Of a stretch of 64,000 nt of DNA, positions 19,798-30,297 are shown in pieces. Position 1 is the first letter of the stretch; each line of letters starts with the position of its first letter. A model generated the notes under the pieces. It was not told the origin of the DNA and did not search any database. It saw nothing but the letters and a program-made list of their open reading frames with translations. The stretch spans positions 8,522 to 72,521 of the forward strand of contig JAZORN010000094.1 of NCBI GenBank assembly GCA_045656645.1, in the 5' to 3' direction. Made by a program: the position numbers and the translations under genes. The stretch comes from Clostridia bacterium. Lineage in GTDB: Bacteria > Bacillota > Clostridia > UMGS1883.

Positions 19798-21594
19798 ATG
19801 CAGGAAAACATCAGAAACTTTTGTATAATTGCACATATAGACCACGGAAAGAGCACTCTGGCAGACCGTCTTTTAGAGCTTACAGGCAGTATAGAAAGCC
19901 GTGAAATGTCAGAGCAGCTTCTTGATAATATGGAGCTTGAAAAAGAGAGGGGCATTACAATCAAGGCACGTGCCGTAAGGCTTAATTATAAAGCAAAGGA
20001 CGGCAAGGACTATGTTCTTAACCTGATTGATACACCCGGACACGTTGACTTTAACTATGAGGTGTCACGTTCCCTTGCTGCGTGTGAGGGTGCGCTGTTA
20101 GTTGTTGATGCTTCTCAGGGAATAGAGGCACAGACACTTGCAAACACGTATCTTGCGCTTGACCACAATCTTGAAATACTTCCCGTAATAAATAAGATTG
20201 ACCTTCCAAGTGCAAGACCTGATGAAATTGTGAAGGAAATAGAAGACGTTATAGGTATTCCTGCCGAGGAAGCACCGAAAATCAGTGCGAAGAATGGCAT
20301 TAATATTGAGGAAATTCCTGAATATATAGTGAAAAATATTCCTGCACCAAAGGGTGATGTAACGCTTCCTCCGCGTGCGCTTATATTTGACTCCTACTAT
20401 GATTCATATAAAGGCGTTATTGTATATGTGCGTGTTATGGAGGGCGAGATAAAGCCGGGGATGCGTATCCGCTTTATGGCAACGGGCGGTGAATTTGACG
20501 TTGTTGAAACGGGATATCTGCATCCTAAGTGTATGATGCCGTCAAATTCTATAAAAGCGGGTGAGGTTGGCTACATTGCGGCAAGCATCAAAACGGTGCG
20601 TGATACGCAGGTTGGTGACACTGTAACAGATGCGCAAAACCCTGCAAAAGAACCGCTTGCAGGCTACAGAACGGTTAACCCTATGGTTTACTGCGGTATT
20701 TATCCTGCCGATGGTTCAAAATACGGCGACCTTCGTGATGCCCTTGAAAAGCTGCAGCTTAATGATGCATCGCTTTCGTTTGAGGCGGAAACAAGTGCGG
20801 CACTCGGTTTTGGTTTCCGTTGCGGATTTTTAGGACTTTTGCATATGGAAATTATTCAGGAGAGGTTAGAACGTGAATTTAACCTTGACCTTGTTACAAC
20901 GGCGCCGAGTGTTGTATATAAAGTTCATAAGGTAACGGGGGAGGAAGTTTACGTTTCAAATCCGACCAATCTTCCCGAGCCTGCAGAAATTGATTATATG
21001 GAGGAGCCTTTTGTAAATGCACATATTTTTGTTCCTCAGGAATATGTAGGTGCAATTATGGAGCTTTGTCAGGACAGAAGAGGAAATTATGTAGGTATGA
21101 CCTATCTTGATTCTGAACGTGCAGACCTTCATTATGAGCTTCCATTAAACGAAATAATATATGATTTCTTCGATGCTATAAAGAGCCGCAGCCGTGGCTA
21201 TGCATCATTTGACTATGAAATGAGTGCATATGTAAAGAGTGACCTTGTAAAGCTTGATATTCTTCTTAACGGTGATGTTGTAGATGCACTGAGCTTTATT
21301 GTACATTCTACAAAGAGCTATACACGTGGCAGAAGAATTGCAGAAAAGCTTAAGGAAACCATTCCCCGTCAACTTTTTGAAGTTCCTATTCAGGCGGCTA
21401 TCGGAGGAAAAGTAATTGCAAGAGAAACTGTCAAAGCTATGCGTAAGGACGTTCTTGCAAAATGCTATGGCGGTGACATAACAAGAAAGAAAAAGCTTCT
21501 TGAAAAACAGAAGGAAGGTAAAAAGAGAATGAGACAGGTCGGCAGTGTAGAGCTTCCGCAGGAGGCATTTATGTCCGTTCTCAAGCTTGATTGA
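19798..21594 (+). CDS. lepA: Elongation factor 4 (LepA)
   Basis: G-domain motifs AHIDHGKST and DTPGHVDF, plus the LepA C-terminal domain. Start at ATG 19798, after RBS GAAGGGAG. Confidence 0.9.
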   Translation: MQENIRNFCIIAHIDHGKSTLADRLLELTGSIESREMSEQLLDNMELEKERGITIKARAVRLNYKAKDGKDYVLNLIDTPGHVDFNYEVSRSLAACEGALLVVDASQGIEAQTLANTYLALDHNLEILPVINKIDLPSARPDEIVKEIEDVIGIPAEEAPKISAKNGINIEEIPEYIVKNIPAPKGDVTLPPRALIFDSYYDSYKGVIVYVRVMEGEIKPGMRIRFMATGGEFDVVETGYLHPKCMMPSNSIKAGEVGYIAASIKTVRDTQVGDTVTDAQNPAKEPLAGYRTVNPMVYCGIYPADGSKYGDLRDALEKLQLNDASLSFEAETSAALGFGFRCGFLGLLHMEIIQERLEREFNLDLVTTAPSVVYKVHKVTGEEVYVSNPTNLPEPAEIDYMEEPFVNAHIFVPQEYVGAIMELCQDRRGNYVGMTYLDSERADLHYELPLNEIIYDFFDAIKSRSRGYASFDYEMSAYVKSDLVKLDILLNGDVVDALSFIVHSTKSYTRGRRIAEKLKETIPRQLFEVPIQAAIGGKVIARETVKAMRKDVLAKCYGGDITRKKKLLEKQKEGKKRMRQVGSVELPQEAFMSVLKLD

Positions 21595-22648
21595 TATGAT
21601 TTATATACACATACCGTTTTGTGTCAGAAAGTGTCTGTACTGTGATTTTTATTCCGTTACTGATATAGGTTTAAAGGATGCGTATACAGATGCCGTTATA
21701 AAAGAGATTATTTCCTTAAAAGGGCTTAAGACAGATACCGTCTATATCGGGGGTGGAACACCGACAACACTTGGCGATAATCTTTTAAAGATAACCCAGG
21801 CTGTAAAAGAAAATTTTATTTTATCAGATAACTGTGAATTTACTGTGGAGGCTAACCCAGGTACGGTAAATAAAGCTTTGCTGAAAAATCTTTATTCTCT
21901 TGGTGTCAACAGAATAAGCCTTGGTGCACAGAGCTTTAATGATGATGAGCTAAAGGCACTTGGAAGAATTCATACCTCAAAAGAGATTTTTGAAAGCTGT
22001 GATATGATAAAAGAGGCGGGATTTAAGAATTTCAGCCTTGATTTAATGCTCGCAGTGCCACATCAAACTATGGACAGCCTTTCATATACTCTTAGGTGTA
22101 TAGAAAAGATAAATCCGCCCCACGTATCGGCTTATTCGCTGATAGTTGAGGAAGGAACCCTTTTTTATAATATGGATTTAGATTTGCCTGATGAAAATAC
22201 GGAACGGGAAATGTATTATTATGTGACTAATAGGCTTAAAGCTAAAGACCTTTACAGATACGAAATATCAAACTTTGCAAAAAAAGGGTTTGAGAGCAGA
22301 CATAATACGGGTTACTGGACGGATTGTGAGTATTGGGGAATTGGTGCAGGCGCACATTCGTATAATAACGGCGTGCGATATCAGAATGCGTCTGATATAG
22401 TGCATTATATAAAGGGTGAAGGACTAAAAGAGGATGTTATTCCTATTTCCGAAAAAGAAAGAAGGCTGGAGCTTTTTATGCTCGGTCTTCGGATGACAAA
22501 GGGTGTTTTATACGGCGGCGAATTTCCCGAAAGGGTAAACCCGCTGATAGAAAAAGGACTTTTGGAAATCAAGGACGGTCATCTTCGTCTGACAATGCGT
22601 GGGTGCGACATGGCAAATCTTGTTTTTATGGAGTTTTTGAATGATTGA
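21587..22648 (+). CDS. hemW: Radical SAM heme chaperone HemW (coproporphyrinogen III oxidase-like)
   Basis: CxxxCxxC motif ([10 protein letters not shown]). Size 353 aa. Sits next to lepA as usual. Confidence 0.8.
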   Translation: MIDMIYIHIPFCVRKCLYCDFYSVTDIGLKDAYTDAVIKEIISLKGLKTDTVYIGGGTPTTLGDNLLKITQAVKENFILSDNCEFTVEANPGTVNKALLKNLYSLGVNRISLGAQSFNDDELKALGRIHTSKEIFESCDMIKEAGFKNFSLDLMLAVPHQTMDSLSYTLRCIEKINPPHVSAYSLIVEEGTLFYNMDLDLPDENTEREMYYYVTNRLKAKDLYRYEISNFAKKGFESRHNTGYWTDCEYWGIGAGAHSYNNGVRYQNASDIVHYIKGEGLKEDVIPISEKERRLELFMLGLRMTKGVLYGGEFPERVNPLIEKGLLEIKDGHLRLTMRGCDMANLVFMEFLND

Positions 22649-23117
22649 TTGCAGAGAGTATGCCTTAAAGCTTATTACATTTCGTGACAGAACACAAAAA
22701 GAGCTTCGTGATAAGCTTAACCAAAAGGGCTATGATGAAAATACAGTAGAAGATGTAATTGCTTTTTTAGAAGAATACGGATATATAAATGATTTTAAAT
22801 ATTCACAGCATTTTATAAACGATTGTGTTAACCTGAAAAAGTGGGGAAAAATCAGAATACGAAGTGAGCTTTTAAAACGTGGAGTAAAGCGTGATGTGTT
22901 TGAAAATATACTTGAGGAAGCTTTTTTGGATGGCAGTGAAGATACTTTGATTAATCAAATCCAGACACGTTTCAAAAATTCTGATTTGGGAAACATTAAG
23001 GAGCGCACAAGGATATTTAACTTCTTTTTAAGACGAGGATACTGTGCAGAAGAAATCAATGGTGCACTGAATAAAGCTTGTTCCTTTAATGATATTATGA
23101 CAGAGGAGTATTTTTGA
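22641..23117 (+). CDS. recX: Regulatory protein RecX
   Basis: 158 aa with three-helix repeat architecture; matches the RecX family. Confidence 0.6.
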   Translation: MIDCREYALKLITFRDRTQKELRDKLNQKGYDENTVEDVIAFLEEYGYINDFKYSQHFINDCVNLKKWGKIRIRSELLKRGVKRDVFENILEEAFLDGSEDTLINQIQTRFKNSDLGNIKERTRIFNFFLRRGYCAEEINGALNKACSFNDIMTEEYF

Positions 23118-24457
23118 TGGCAATTAAGGTTGGTTTTGTATCGCTTGGATGTAATAAAAACTTATGCGATACTGAAAATATGATGGGCTTACTCGCTCAG
23201 AGTGGCTTTGAGATAACCCCTGATCCATATGAGGCACAGGTGTGCATAGTAAACACTTGCGGATTTATAGAAAGTGCAAAGCAGGAGTCGATAGATACAA
23301 TCCTGGAAATGGCGCAGTATAAGGAAGAAGGAAACTGCACCCTTCTTGTAGTGTGCGGATGTCTTGCTCAGCGCTATGAAAAAGAAATACGTGAAGAAAT
23401 GCCCGAAGTTGATGTGATTGTCGGTACAACGGCAATAGAGGATATTGTTACGGCAGTTAAAGAGGGGCTTTCAAATCAGAAAAAATCATACATATATGAT
23501 ATTGATAAATGTCTTGGAGAAAATCTTCCAAGAATTCGCACTACACCGCAGTATACGGCATATCTTAAAATTGCCGAGGGGTGCGACAACAGATGCACAT
23601 ACTGTGCTATTCCATATATAAGGGGTAAATACCGTAGCAGAAAAATGGAAGATATATTATCTGAGGCAAGAGCGCTTGCCGATGACGGTGTGCGTGAAAT
23701 TATTGTGGTTGCGCAGGATACCACACGTTACGGAATTGACCTTTACGGCGAAAGAAAGCTTTCGGAGCTTCTTCAAAGCTTATGCGAAATCTCTAAAATA
23801 GAATGGGTGAGAGTTCATTACTGCTATCCCGAGCAGATTGATGAAAAACTCATAAAAACTATGAAAGAGCAGGAGAAGATAGTAAAATATCTTGATATTC
23901 CCGTTCAACACGGATGTGACAGTGTTCTTAAAAGAATGGGCAGAAAAACCGACGGGAAGAGTATAGAGAGCCTCGTTGAAACTCTGCGAAGGGAAATCCC
24001 TGATATAACATTACGAACAAGTATAATAACAGGTTTCCCGGGGGAAACAGAGGAAGAATTTGAGAAGCTTTGTGCATTTCTCAAAAAGGTGCATTTTGAC
24101 AGAGTGGGTGTGTTTGCCTATTCGTGTGAAGAGGGAACACCTGCCGCAAAAATGAAGGAACAGATTGATGAAGAAACGAAGGAAAAGCGCAGAGAAATTG
24201 TAATGGAGCTCTGTCAGGAAATTTCTCTTAAGCGTAATGAGGAGATGCTCGGAAAAACAGTTCGTGTTATTACCGAGGGCTTTGAAGATAATCTTTATTA
24301 CGGGCGCAGCGGTGGCGAAAGCATTGAAATAGACCCCAAAATATATTTCGGTGCACACAGAGAGCTTAATGCGGGCGATTTTGTATGGGTTACAATTAAA
24401 AATTGTGATATATATGATTTATATGGAGAAGAATGTGAAAGGACGGATTTAGAATGA
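23117..24457 (+). CDS. rimO: Ribosomal protein S12 methylthiotransferase RimO
   Basis: MTTase N-domain (KVGFVSLGCNKNLCD), radical SAM CDNRCTYC and a C-terminal TRAM domain. Confidence 0.8.
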   Translation: MAIKVGFVSLGCNKNLCDTENMMGLLAQSGFEITPDPYEAQVCIVNTCGFIESAKQESIDTILEMAQYKEEGNCTLLVVCGCLAQRYEKEIREEMPEVDVIVGTTAIEDIVTAVKEGLSNQKKSYIYDIDKCLGENLPRIRTTPQYTAYLKIAEGCDNRCTYCAIPYIRGKYRSRKMEDILSEARALADDGVREIIVVAQDTTRYGIDLYGERKLSELLQSLCEISKIEWVRVHYCYPEQIDEKLIKTMKEQEKIVKYLDIPVQHGCDSVLKRMGRKTDGKSIESLVETLRREIPDITLRTSIITGFPGETEEEFEKLCAFLKKVHFDRVGVFAYSCEEGTPAAKMKEQIDEETKEKRREIVMELCQEISLKRNEEMLGKTVRVITEGFEDNLYYGRSGGESIEIDPKIYFGAHRELNAGDFVWVTIKNCDIYDLYGEECERTDLE

Positions 24458-24969
24458 ATTTACCAAACAAGCTTACAATGGCAAGAATAATTATGGTGCC
24501 GATAGTAATGGCACTTATGCTGACAGGACATAACATCTGGGCACTTATTGTATTTGCAATAGCATCAATTACAGATTTTCTTGACGGATTTATTGCGAGA
24601 AAATATAACCTCGTATCATCCTTTGGAAAAATTATGGACCCACTTGCAGACAAACTACTGGCGTTTGGTGCGCTTATCTGCTTTATTGAGGTTGGTGTAG
24701 TTTCTGTATGGGCGCCTATGATAATCATTGCACGTGAGTTTTTTGTAACAAGTATGAGGGTTGTTGCAGTTTCTAAGGGTAAGGTTATTGCCGCATCATG
24801 GTGGGGCAAGATAAAGACCAATGTTCAGCTTTTTGCAATTATTTTTGCGCTTTTGATTTATACGAGTGAGCCGATGATTGCAGGCGGACTTATCTGGGTA
24901 GCTGCAATCTTTACAGTTGCAAGCTGGATTGCATATATTTTTGAAAATATTTCAGTGTTTAAGGATTGA
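24454..24969 (+). CDS. pgsA: CDP-diacylglycerol--glycerol-3-phosphate 3-phosphatidyltransferase
   Basis: CDP-alcohol phosphatidyltransferase motif DFLDGFIARK...GKIMDPLADK. The 171-aa product is a membrane protein. Confidence 0.8.
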   Translation: MNLPNKLTMARIIMVPIVMALMLTGHNIWALIVFAIASITDFLDGFIARKYNLVSSFGKIMDPLADKLLAFGALICFIEVGVVSVWAPMIIIAREFFVTSMRVVAVSKGKVIAASWWGKIKTNVQLFAIIFALLIYTSEPMIAGGLIWVAAIFTVASWIAYIFENISVFKD

Positions 24970-24974
24970 GAATA

Positions 24975-26093
24975 ATGGAGCCGTACAGAAGAGTTTGTGC
25001 GTATATAAACAGTGACGCAGTTTTACACAATATTACAAATATAAGGGCGGCGACAAAGCCTGATACAAAGCTTATGCCCGTAATAAAGGCGGACGGATAC
25101 GGACACGGCGCAGTAGATATGGCACGTCTTTTAGTGCCGTTTGCCGACTATTTTGCCGTTGCAATAATTGAAGAGGCTATTAATTTACGTGAAAACGGTA
25201 TAGATAAGCCGATCCTTTTACTCGGATATACCTCACCTGAATTTTTTGAAACGGCAATAATAAATAATATTACTGTTACAATTTTTACACTCGAAGATGC
25301 AGTTGTGCTTTCAAATACCGCACAAAAGCTTAATATGACAGCAAAAATGCACGTGGCGGTAGATACGGGTATGCGTAGAATAGGATTTACTCCTGATGAA
25401 AGCAGTGCAGATATTGTAAAGGAAATTTCAGAGCTTGAAAAAGTAAACCTTGAGGGTGTATTTACGCACTTTGCAACGGCTGACGAGGAAAATAAAGACT
25501 TTTCAAAGCTTCAGGCAGAGCGTTATGATAATTTCAGAAAAATGCTTGAAAAGCGCAGTGTTAAAATAGAAATTTATCACGTTTCCAACAGTGCAGCCAT
25601 TATGGAGCTTCGTGATTATAATTTTGATATGGTGCGCCCGGGAATTATACTCTACGGGCTTTACCCGTCTGATGAGGTTGACAGAAGCCTGCTTGATTTA
25701 AAGCCCGTTATGGAGCTTGAAACGCACGTGGTATATGTTAAGGACATTAAAAAGGGCGACACTGTAAGCTACGGCAGAACATATACGGCAGAAAAAGATA
25801 TGCGTATTGCAACTATTCCCGTAGGATATGCTGACGGATATCCGAGATTAGCCTCAAACAAGGGACGGGTTATAATTAACGGGAAATATGCGCCGATTGT
25901 CGGCAGGGTATGTATGGACCAGTTTATGGTTGATGTTACTGATATAGACGCCAAGGTTGGCGATGTTGCAATTCTTATTGGTAGTAAAGGCGAATGCAGC
26001 ATAACTGCCGATGAACTGGCAAAAAATGCGCAGACTATAAATTATGAAATAGTGTGCGGAGTAAGTAAGCGTGTGCCAAGAGTAACGAGGTGA
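24975..26093 (+). CDS. alr: Alanine racemase
   Basis: PLP-lysine motif VIKADGYGHG. About 370 aa. Confidence 0.85.
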   Translation: MEPYRRVCAYINSDAVLHNITNIRAATKPDTKLMPVIKADGYGHGAVDMARLLVPFADYFAVAIIEEAINLRENGIDKPILLLGYTSPEFFETAIINNITVTIFTLEDAVVLSNTAQKLNMTAKMHVAVDTGMRRIGFTPDESSADIVKEISELEKVNLEGVFTHFATADEENKDFSKLQAERYDNFRKMLEKRSVKIEIYHVSNSAAIMELRDYNFDMVRPGIILYGLYPSDEVDRSLLDLKPVMELETHVVYVKDIKKGDTVSYGRTYTAEKDMRIATIPVGYADGYPRLASNKGRVIINGKYAPIVGRVCMDQFMVDVTDIDAKVGDVAILIGSKGECSITADELAKNAQTINYEIVCGVSKRVPRVTR

Positions 26094-26097
26094 TGTT

Positions 26098-27444
26098 TTG
26101 AAAAGCAAAACAGTATTTGTATGTAAGGAATGCGGTAACGAATCTGCAAAATGGATGGGAAAATGTCCCTCTTGCGGAACGTGGAATTCTATGATTGAAG
26201 AGGTTATAGAAAAGACCTCAGATGCAAAAATAAAGAAAAGAGTTTCCCCCGTTCTTATAAAAGATGTATCTACAGAGGAGGGGGAGAGATGCTCAGCAGG
26301 CTCAGGCGAGCTTGACCGTGTGCTTGGCGGAGGTATTGTTAAGGGGTCTCTTATCCTTTGCGGTGGTGAGCCCGGAATAGGAAAGTCAACCCTACTGCTG
26401 CAGGTTGCAAAATTTGCATCCAAAGACAGTAAGGTTTTATATGTTTCAGGCGAAGAATCGGACAAGCAAATCCGTCTTCGAGCAGAAAGGCTCGGTGCAG
26501 TTTCAGACTCTCTTTATGTTCTTAATGAAACAGATTTAGAGTCCATAATTTCTGCAATTGAGGTTTTAAAACCACAGACAGTTATTGCGGACTCAATACA
26601 GACACTATATTCACAAAACCTGACCTCTGCGCCCGGAAGCGTGGGGCAGGTAAGAGAATGTACTCTTAAGTTTATGGAGCTTGCAAAAAGTAACGGCATA
26701 ACAGTTTTTATTGTCGGTCACGTTACAAAAGAGGGCGCTATTGCAGGACCGAGAGTTCTTGAACATATGGTTGACTGTGTACTTTACTTTGAAGGTGAAC
26801 GCCATCAAAGCTACAGAATAGTACGTGCCGTAAAAAACCGTTTTGGTTCTACAAATGAAATCGGTGTATTTGAAATGACGGATAAGGGACTTGTTGATGT
26901 TCCCAACCCTTCACTGATGCTCCTTTCGGGGAGACCCGTAGATGCCCCGGGGTCAGCAATAGTATGCTCCGTAGAGGGGACAAGACCGATTTTAGCAGAA
27001 ATTCAGGCACTTGTATCAAAGAGCAGCTTTGCCATTCCGCGCAGAATGGCGACAGGTGTTGATTTTAACAGAGTATCGCTTATAATGACGGTGCTTGAAA
27101 AACGAATGGGGCTTAATTTAGGTAATCAGGATGCATATGTTAATGTGACGGGCGGTATACGCCTTGATGAGGCTGCGACAGACCTTGCGGTAGCGTGTGC
27201 TATTGCATCAAGCTTTCGTAATCAGCCGCTTCCGTCAGATATGGCGTTTTTCGGTGAAGTTGGTCTGACGGGTGAAATACGAACCGTTACTCAGGCAGCA
27301 CGCAGAATAGCCGAGATACAGAAAATGGGATTTAAGCGGTGTATGCTTCCGTTTGACTGCCTTGGAAGTATAGATAAATGTGACGGAATTGAGCTTATAG
27401 CAGTACGCTCGCTTTCAGATGCACTTGGGTATATCAGGGAGTGA
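26098..27444 (+). CDS. radA: DNA repair protein RadA
   Basis: N-terminal C4 zinc finger (CKECGNESAKWMGKCPSCGTWN). Walker A GGEPGIGKST. KNRFG motif. Lon-like C-terminal domain. A TTG start is predicted. Confidence 0.85.
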   Translation: MKSKTVFVCKECGNESAKWMGKCPSCGTWNSMIEEVIEKTSDAKIKKRVSPVLIKDVSTEEGERCSAGSGELDRVLGGGIVKGSLILCGGEPGIGKSTLLLQVAKFASKDSKVLYVSGEESDKQIRLRAERLGAVSDSLYVLNETDLESIISAIEVLKPQTVIADSIQTLYSQNLTSAPGSVGQVRECTLKFMELAKSNGITVFIVGHVTKEGAIAGPRVLEHMVDCVLYFEGERHQSYRIVRAVKNRFGSTNEIGVFEMTDKGLVDVPNPSLMLLSGRPVDAPGSAIVCSVEGTRPILAEIQALVSKSSFAIPRRMATGVDFNRVSLIMTVLEKRMGLNLGNQDAYVNVTGGIRLDEAATDLAVACAIASSFRNQPLPSDMAFFGEVGLTGEIRTVTQAARRIAEIQKMGFKRCMLPFDCLGSIDKCDGIELIAVRSLSDALGYIRE

Positions 27445-27448
27445 TAAT

Positions 27449-28171
27449 ATGGGAAAAACTGTCTTTATAACAGGTGCCTCACGTGGGATAGGCGCCAGTA
27501 GTGCAAGACTTTTTTATGAAAACGGATATAATGTTGTAATTAATTATAATAACAGTAAGGAAAAGGCAAAAGCTCTTGCTGATAGCTTACCCGGGGCACT
27601 ACTTCTGCAGGGTGATGTGTCAAACGAGGAAGATGTAAAGAGAATGGTTTTTACTGCAACAGAGCACTTTGGAAAAATAGATGTGCTTATCAATAACGCG
27701 GGAATATCCTATGTAAACCTTTTGACGGATACATCTCTTTCTGATTGGGAAAAGCTTTTCAGCGTAAATGTAACGGGCACATTTCTTATGACAAAGTACG
27801 TGACAGAAAATATGCTTTCAAATCATAGTGGAAAAATAATTAATATAAGCTCTATCTGGGGCATAAGCGGAGGTAGCTTAGAAAGCGGCTACAGTGCAAC
27901 AAAGGGAGCAGTAATAGCATTTACAAAAGCACTGGCAAAGGAGCTTGGTCCCTCGGGAATAACGGTTAACTGCGTTGCCCCCGGCTTTATTGATACTGAT
28001 ATGAACAGTGATGTTACTCCCGAAGATACAAAGGCGTTTTGCGATGATACTCCGCTTGGTAGGATAGGAAGTCCCGAAGAAGTTGCAAAAGCTCTTCTTT
28101 TCCTTGCATCAGACGGTGCGGACTTTATCACGGGGCAGATTATAGGTGTTGACGGCGGTGTAAGTATATAG
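27449..28171 (+). CDS. SDR family oxidoreductase (3-oxoacyl-ACP reductase-like)
   Basis: TGASRGIG cofactor motif and the YSATKGAV catalytic YxxxK. Confidence 0.8.
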   Translation: MGKTVFITGASRGIGASSARLFYENGYNVVINYNNSKEKAKALADSLPGALLLQGDVSNEEDVKRMVFTATEHFGKIDVLINNAGISYVNLLTDTSLSDWEKLFSVNVTGTFLMTKYVTENMLSNHSGKIINISSIWGISGGSLESGYSATKGAVIAFTKALAKELGPSGITVNCVAPGFIDTDMNSDVTPEDTKAFCDDTPLGRIGSPEEVAKALLFLASDGADFITGQIIGVDGGVSI

Positions 28172-28210
28172 TCACAAAATAAATCCTTCTTCATACAATG
28201 ATAGTGGATA

Positions 28211-28483
28211 GCCGTTGATGGATTATCCAAGCCACGTTTTTTGCTTCCTCTTTTTTGTGGCTACTGCGTTAAAAGCCTTGCCAATACGGCAGTATAAGCT
28301 TCGTTTTTACCTTGTATCCGTCAAAAAATAGTTTGCAAAAAATTCTTTGAACCTGAAACGGATGAAATTTCGTGCATATTTTAATGCGGCGGACGCCGAT
28401 AGGCTGACGCCTTTCAAGGACAACAAATTAAAAGATGCCTAAATTTCACCGTTTCAGGCGGGTTCGGATAATCCTTCAATGGC
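28211..28483. repeat. Imperfect 18-bp terminal inverted repeats (GCCGTTGATGGATTATCC ... GGATAATCCTTCAATGGC) enclosing about 236 nt with nested long-range helices
   Basis: 16 of 18 positions are complementary between 28211-28228 and 28466-28483. A second interrupted helix of about 21 bp pairs 28349-28370 with 28441-28465. The whole element lies in the 5' leader of the downstream CDS. Confidence 0.5.
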
Positions 28484-28517
28484 TAATGCCCATAAATTGT
28501 ATAAGGAGGATTTTTCT

Positions 28518-29351
28518 ATGGAAGAAAAGCTTACCGGCTCCTTTGGATGCAAGGAAAAGGTTTGTATACAGACGGATAAAATATATGACTCTTGCAGGAG
28601 CAAGGAATGTATAGAATGTTTACGTGTGTACTTAACGGAAACCGGGCAGGAAATCGTTGACAGAGCTATTGATATAAAATGCCGTAAATCAGAGGTTATC
28701 TGGGTGTTCAGTGATGTGGAAAAGATGCCCTTTAACAGAGGTTATTATACGGTTGACCTTAATTTCTTCTTCCGCATATCTCTTGATGTTTACACAGGTG
28801 TTTCACGCCCCGTTGTTGTCGAGGGTGTTGCAAGCTATAACAAAAAGGTTGTTCTTTTCGGCAGCGAGGGAAGTGCAAAAATCTTTACATCACGTTATAA
28901 GGAAGACAGCTTTGACCCGCAGCTCTGGCAAAAAACCAATATGCCTAAGGCTATTGTGGAAACGCTCGACCCGATTTGCTTAGGTGCAAAAATCTCGGAT
29001 GCAGGGGATAAATGCTGCCATTACGGTGATGATGATATCGACGTATGCAATATTCCTGATTGCGTTTCACGAGTGTTTGAGGACAGATTTGTAAATGCAC
29101 GTGACAATCAGCGCAGAGTATATGTATCGCTTGGTCTTTTCACAATTATTAAGCTTGAACGAAATGTTCAGCTTCTTATCCCTGCATATGATTTCTGTAT
29201 TCCTGAAAAAGAGTGCGTGACAAATTCACCTGATGATCCGTGTGAAATTTTTGCAAATATAAATTTCCCTGTGGATGAATTTTTCCCGCCCGTAGAGGGA
29301 TGTCTGAGCGGGGATAGCAATGAATGTAATTGCTGCGGTGAGGATGAGTAA
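28518..29351 (+). CDS. Hypothetical cysteine-rich protein (about 26 Cys in 277 aa), no signal peptide
   Basis: Start at ATG 28518, after a strong RBS TAAGGAGGA. The N-terminus has CKEKVC...CRSKECIEC and the C-terminus has several Cys pairs (CCHYG, CNIPDC, ECNCCGEDE). I recognise no family. Confidence 0.5.
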   Translation: MEEKLTGSFGCKEKVCIQTDKIYDSCRSKECIECLRVYLTETGQEIVDRAIDIKCRKSEVIWVFSDVEKMPFNRGYYTVDLNFFFRISLDVYTGVSRPVVVEGVASYNKKVVLFGSEGSAKIFTSRYKEDSFDPQLWQKTNMPKAIVETLDPICLGAKISDAGDKCCHYGDDDIDVCNIPDCVSRVFEDRFVNARDNQRRVYVSLGLFTIIKLERNVQLLIPAYDFCIPEKECVTNSPDDPCEIFANINFPVDEFFPPVEGCLSGDSNECNCCGEDE

Positions 29352-29364
29352 AACTAAATAAAGA

Positions 29365-29402
29365 ACAAAAAATGCTTCGCAATTCATAGCGAAGCATTTT
29401 TT
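29365..29402. terminator. Bidirectional rho-independent terminator (ATGCTTCGC-aattcata-GCGAAGCAT flanked by an A-run and a T-run)
   Basis: 9-bp stem flanked by A6 and T6, between convergent genes. Confidence 0.7.
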
Positions 29403-29412
29403 GTAGTAAAAG

Positions 29413-30294
29413 TTATTTATCAAGAATTTCTTTGCACGATGCGGCAAGTCCTGCAATAGACTGCATTTCTGACGGAATAATAATTTTTGTTGCCTGACCG
29501 TCTGCAACCTTTTCCATACTTTCAAGAGATTTAATGGCAATATATGCCTTTGAGGGATTAGCCTCATTGATTTTGCGGATACCCTCTGCAATAGCAGTTT
29601 GCACGGCGATAATCGCTTCAGCTTCACCCTCCGCCTCACGGATGGCGGACTGCTTTTTCGCCTCTGCACGAAGAATGGCAGACTCTTTTTCCCCCTCTGC
29701 CATAAGTATTGCAGATTTCTTTTCACCCTCTGCACGCAGAATTGACTCTCTTCTTTCACGCTCTGCTTTCATCTGCTTTTCCATTGCATTCTGAATTTCC
29801 TTTGGAGGAATGATGTTTTTAAGCTCTACACGGTTGATTTTAATACCCCAGGGGTCTGTAGCCTCATCAAGAATAGCACGCATTTTTGTGTTAACGGTAT
29901 CACGAGAGGTAAGAGTTCCGTCGAGGTCGAGGTCACCGATAATGTTTCGAAGTGTTGTAGCGGTGAGGTTTTCAATAGCCATCATCGGACGTTCAACACC
30001 GTAGGTATAAAGCTTGGGGTCGGTAATCTGGAAATAAACTACGGTGTCAATCTGCATTGATACGTTATCCTTTGTTATAACGGGCTGGGGAGGGAAGTCC
30101 ACAACCTGCTCTTTAAGATTTACTCTTTTTGAAATGCGGTCAATAAAGGGAATTTTGATGTGAAGTCCAACTGACCAAGTTTCGCTGTACCCTCCAAAAC
30201 GCTCAATTACATATGCGTATGCCTGAGGTACAATTTTTATGTTGGATATTACCAAAACCAACAAAATCACAATAATAGTTAAAATGAATTCCAT
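29413..30294 (-). CDS. SPFH/Band-7 domain protein (stomatin/slipin-like)
   Basis: N-terminal TM segment, a PHB domain, and a C-terminal coiled coil with repeated EGEKESAILRAE units. Confidence 0.8.
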   Translation of the reverse strand: MEFILTIIVILLVLVISNIKIVPQAYAYVIERFGGYSETWSVGLHIKIPFIDRISKRVNLKEQVVDFPPQPVITKDNVSMQIDTVVYFQITDPKLYTYGVERPMMAIENLTATTLRNIIGDLDLDGTLTSRDTVNTKMRAILDEATDPWGIKINRVELKNIIPPKEIQNAMEKQMKAERERRESILRAEGEKKSAILMAEGEKESAILRAEAKKQSAIREAEGEAEAIIAVQTAIAEGIRKINEANPSKAYIAIKSLESMEKVADGQATKIIIPSEMQSIAGLAASCKEILDK

Positions 30295-30297
30295 AAA

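Noticed and set aside
25854-26465. 203-aa minus-strand ORF spanning the alr/radA junction
   Set aside because: Antisense to two well-supported genes. The product is Pro/Ser-rich and low-complexity.
28229-28348. Possible intrinsic terminator of the SDR gene (AGCCAC...GTGGCT and AAGC...GCTT stems before CGTTTTT at about 28300-28315)
   Set aside because: The stems are short and interrupted, and I cannot separate a terminator from the larger structured leader. I left it as part of the leader finding rather than listing a separate feature.
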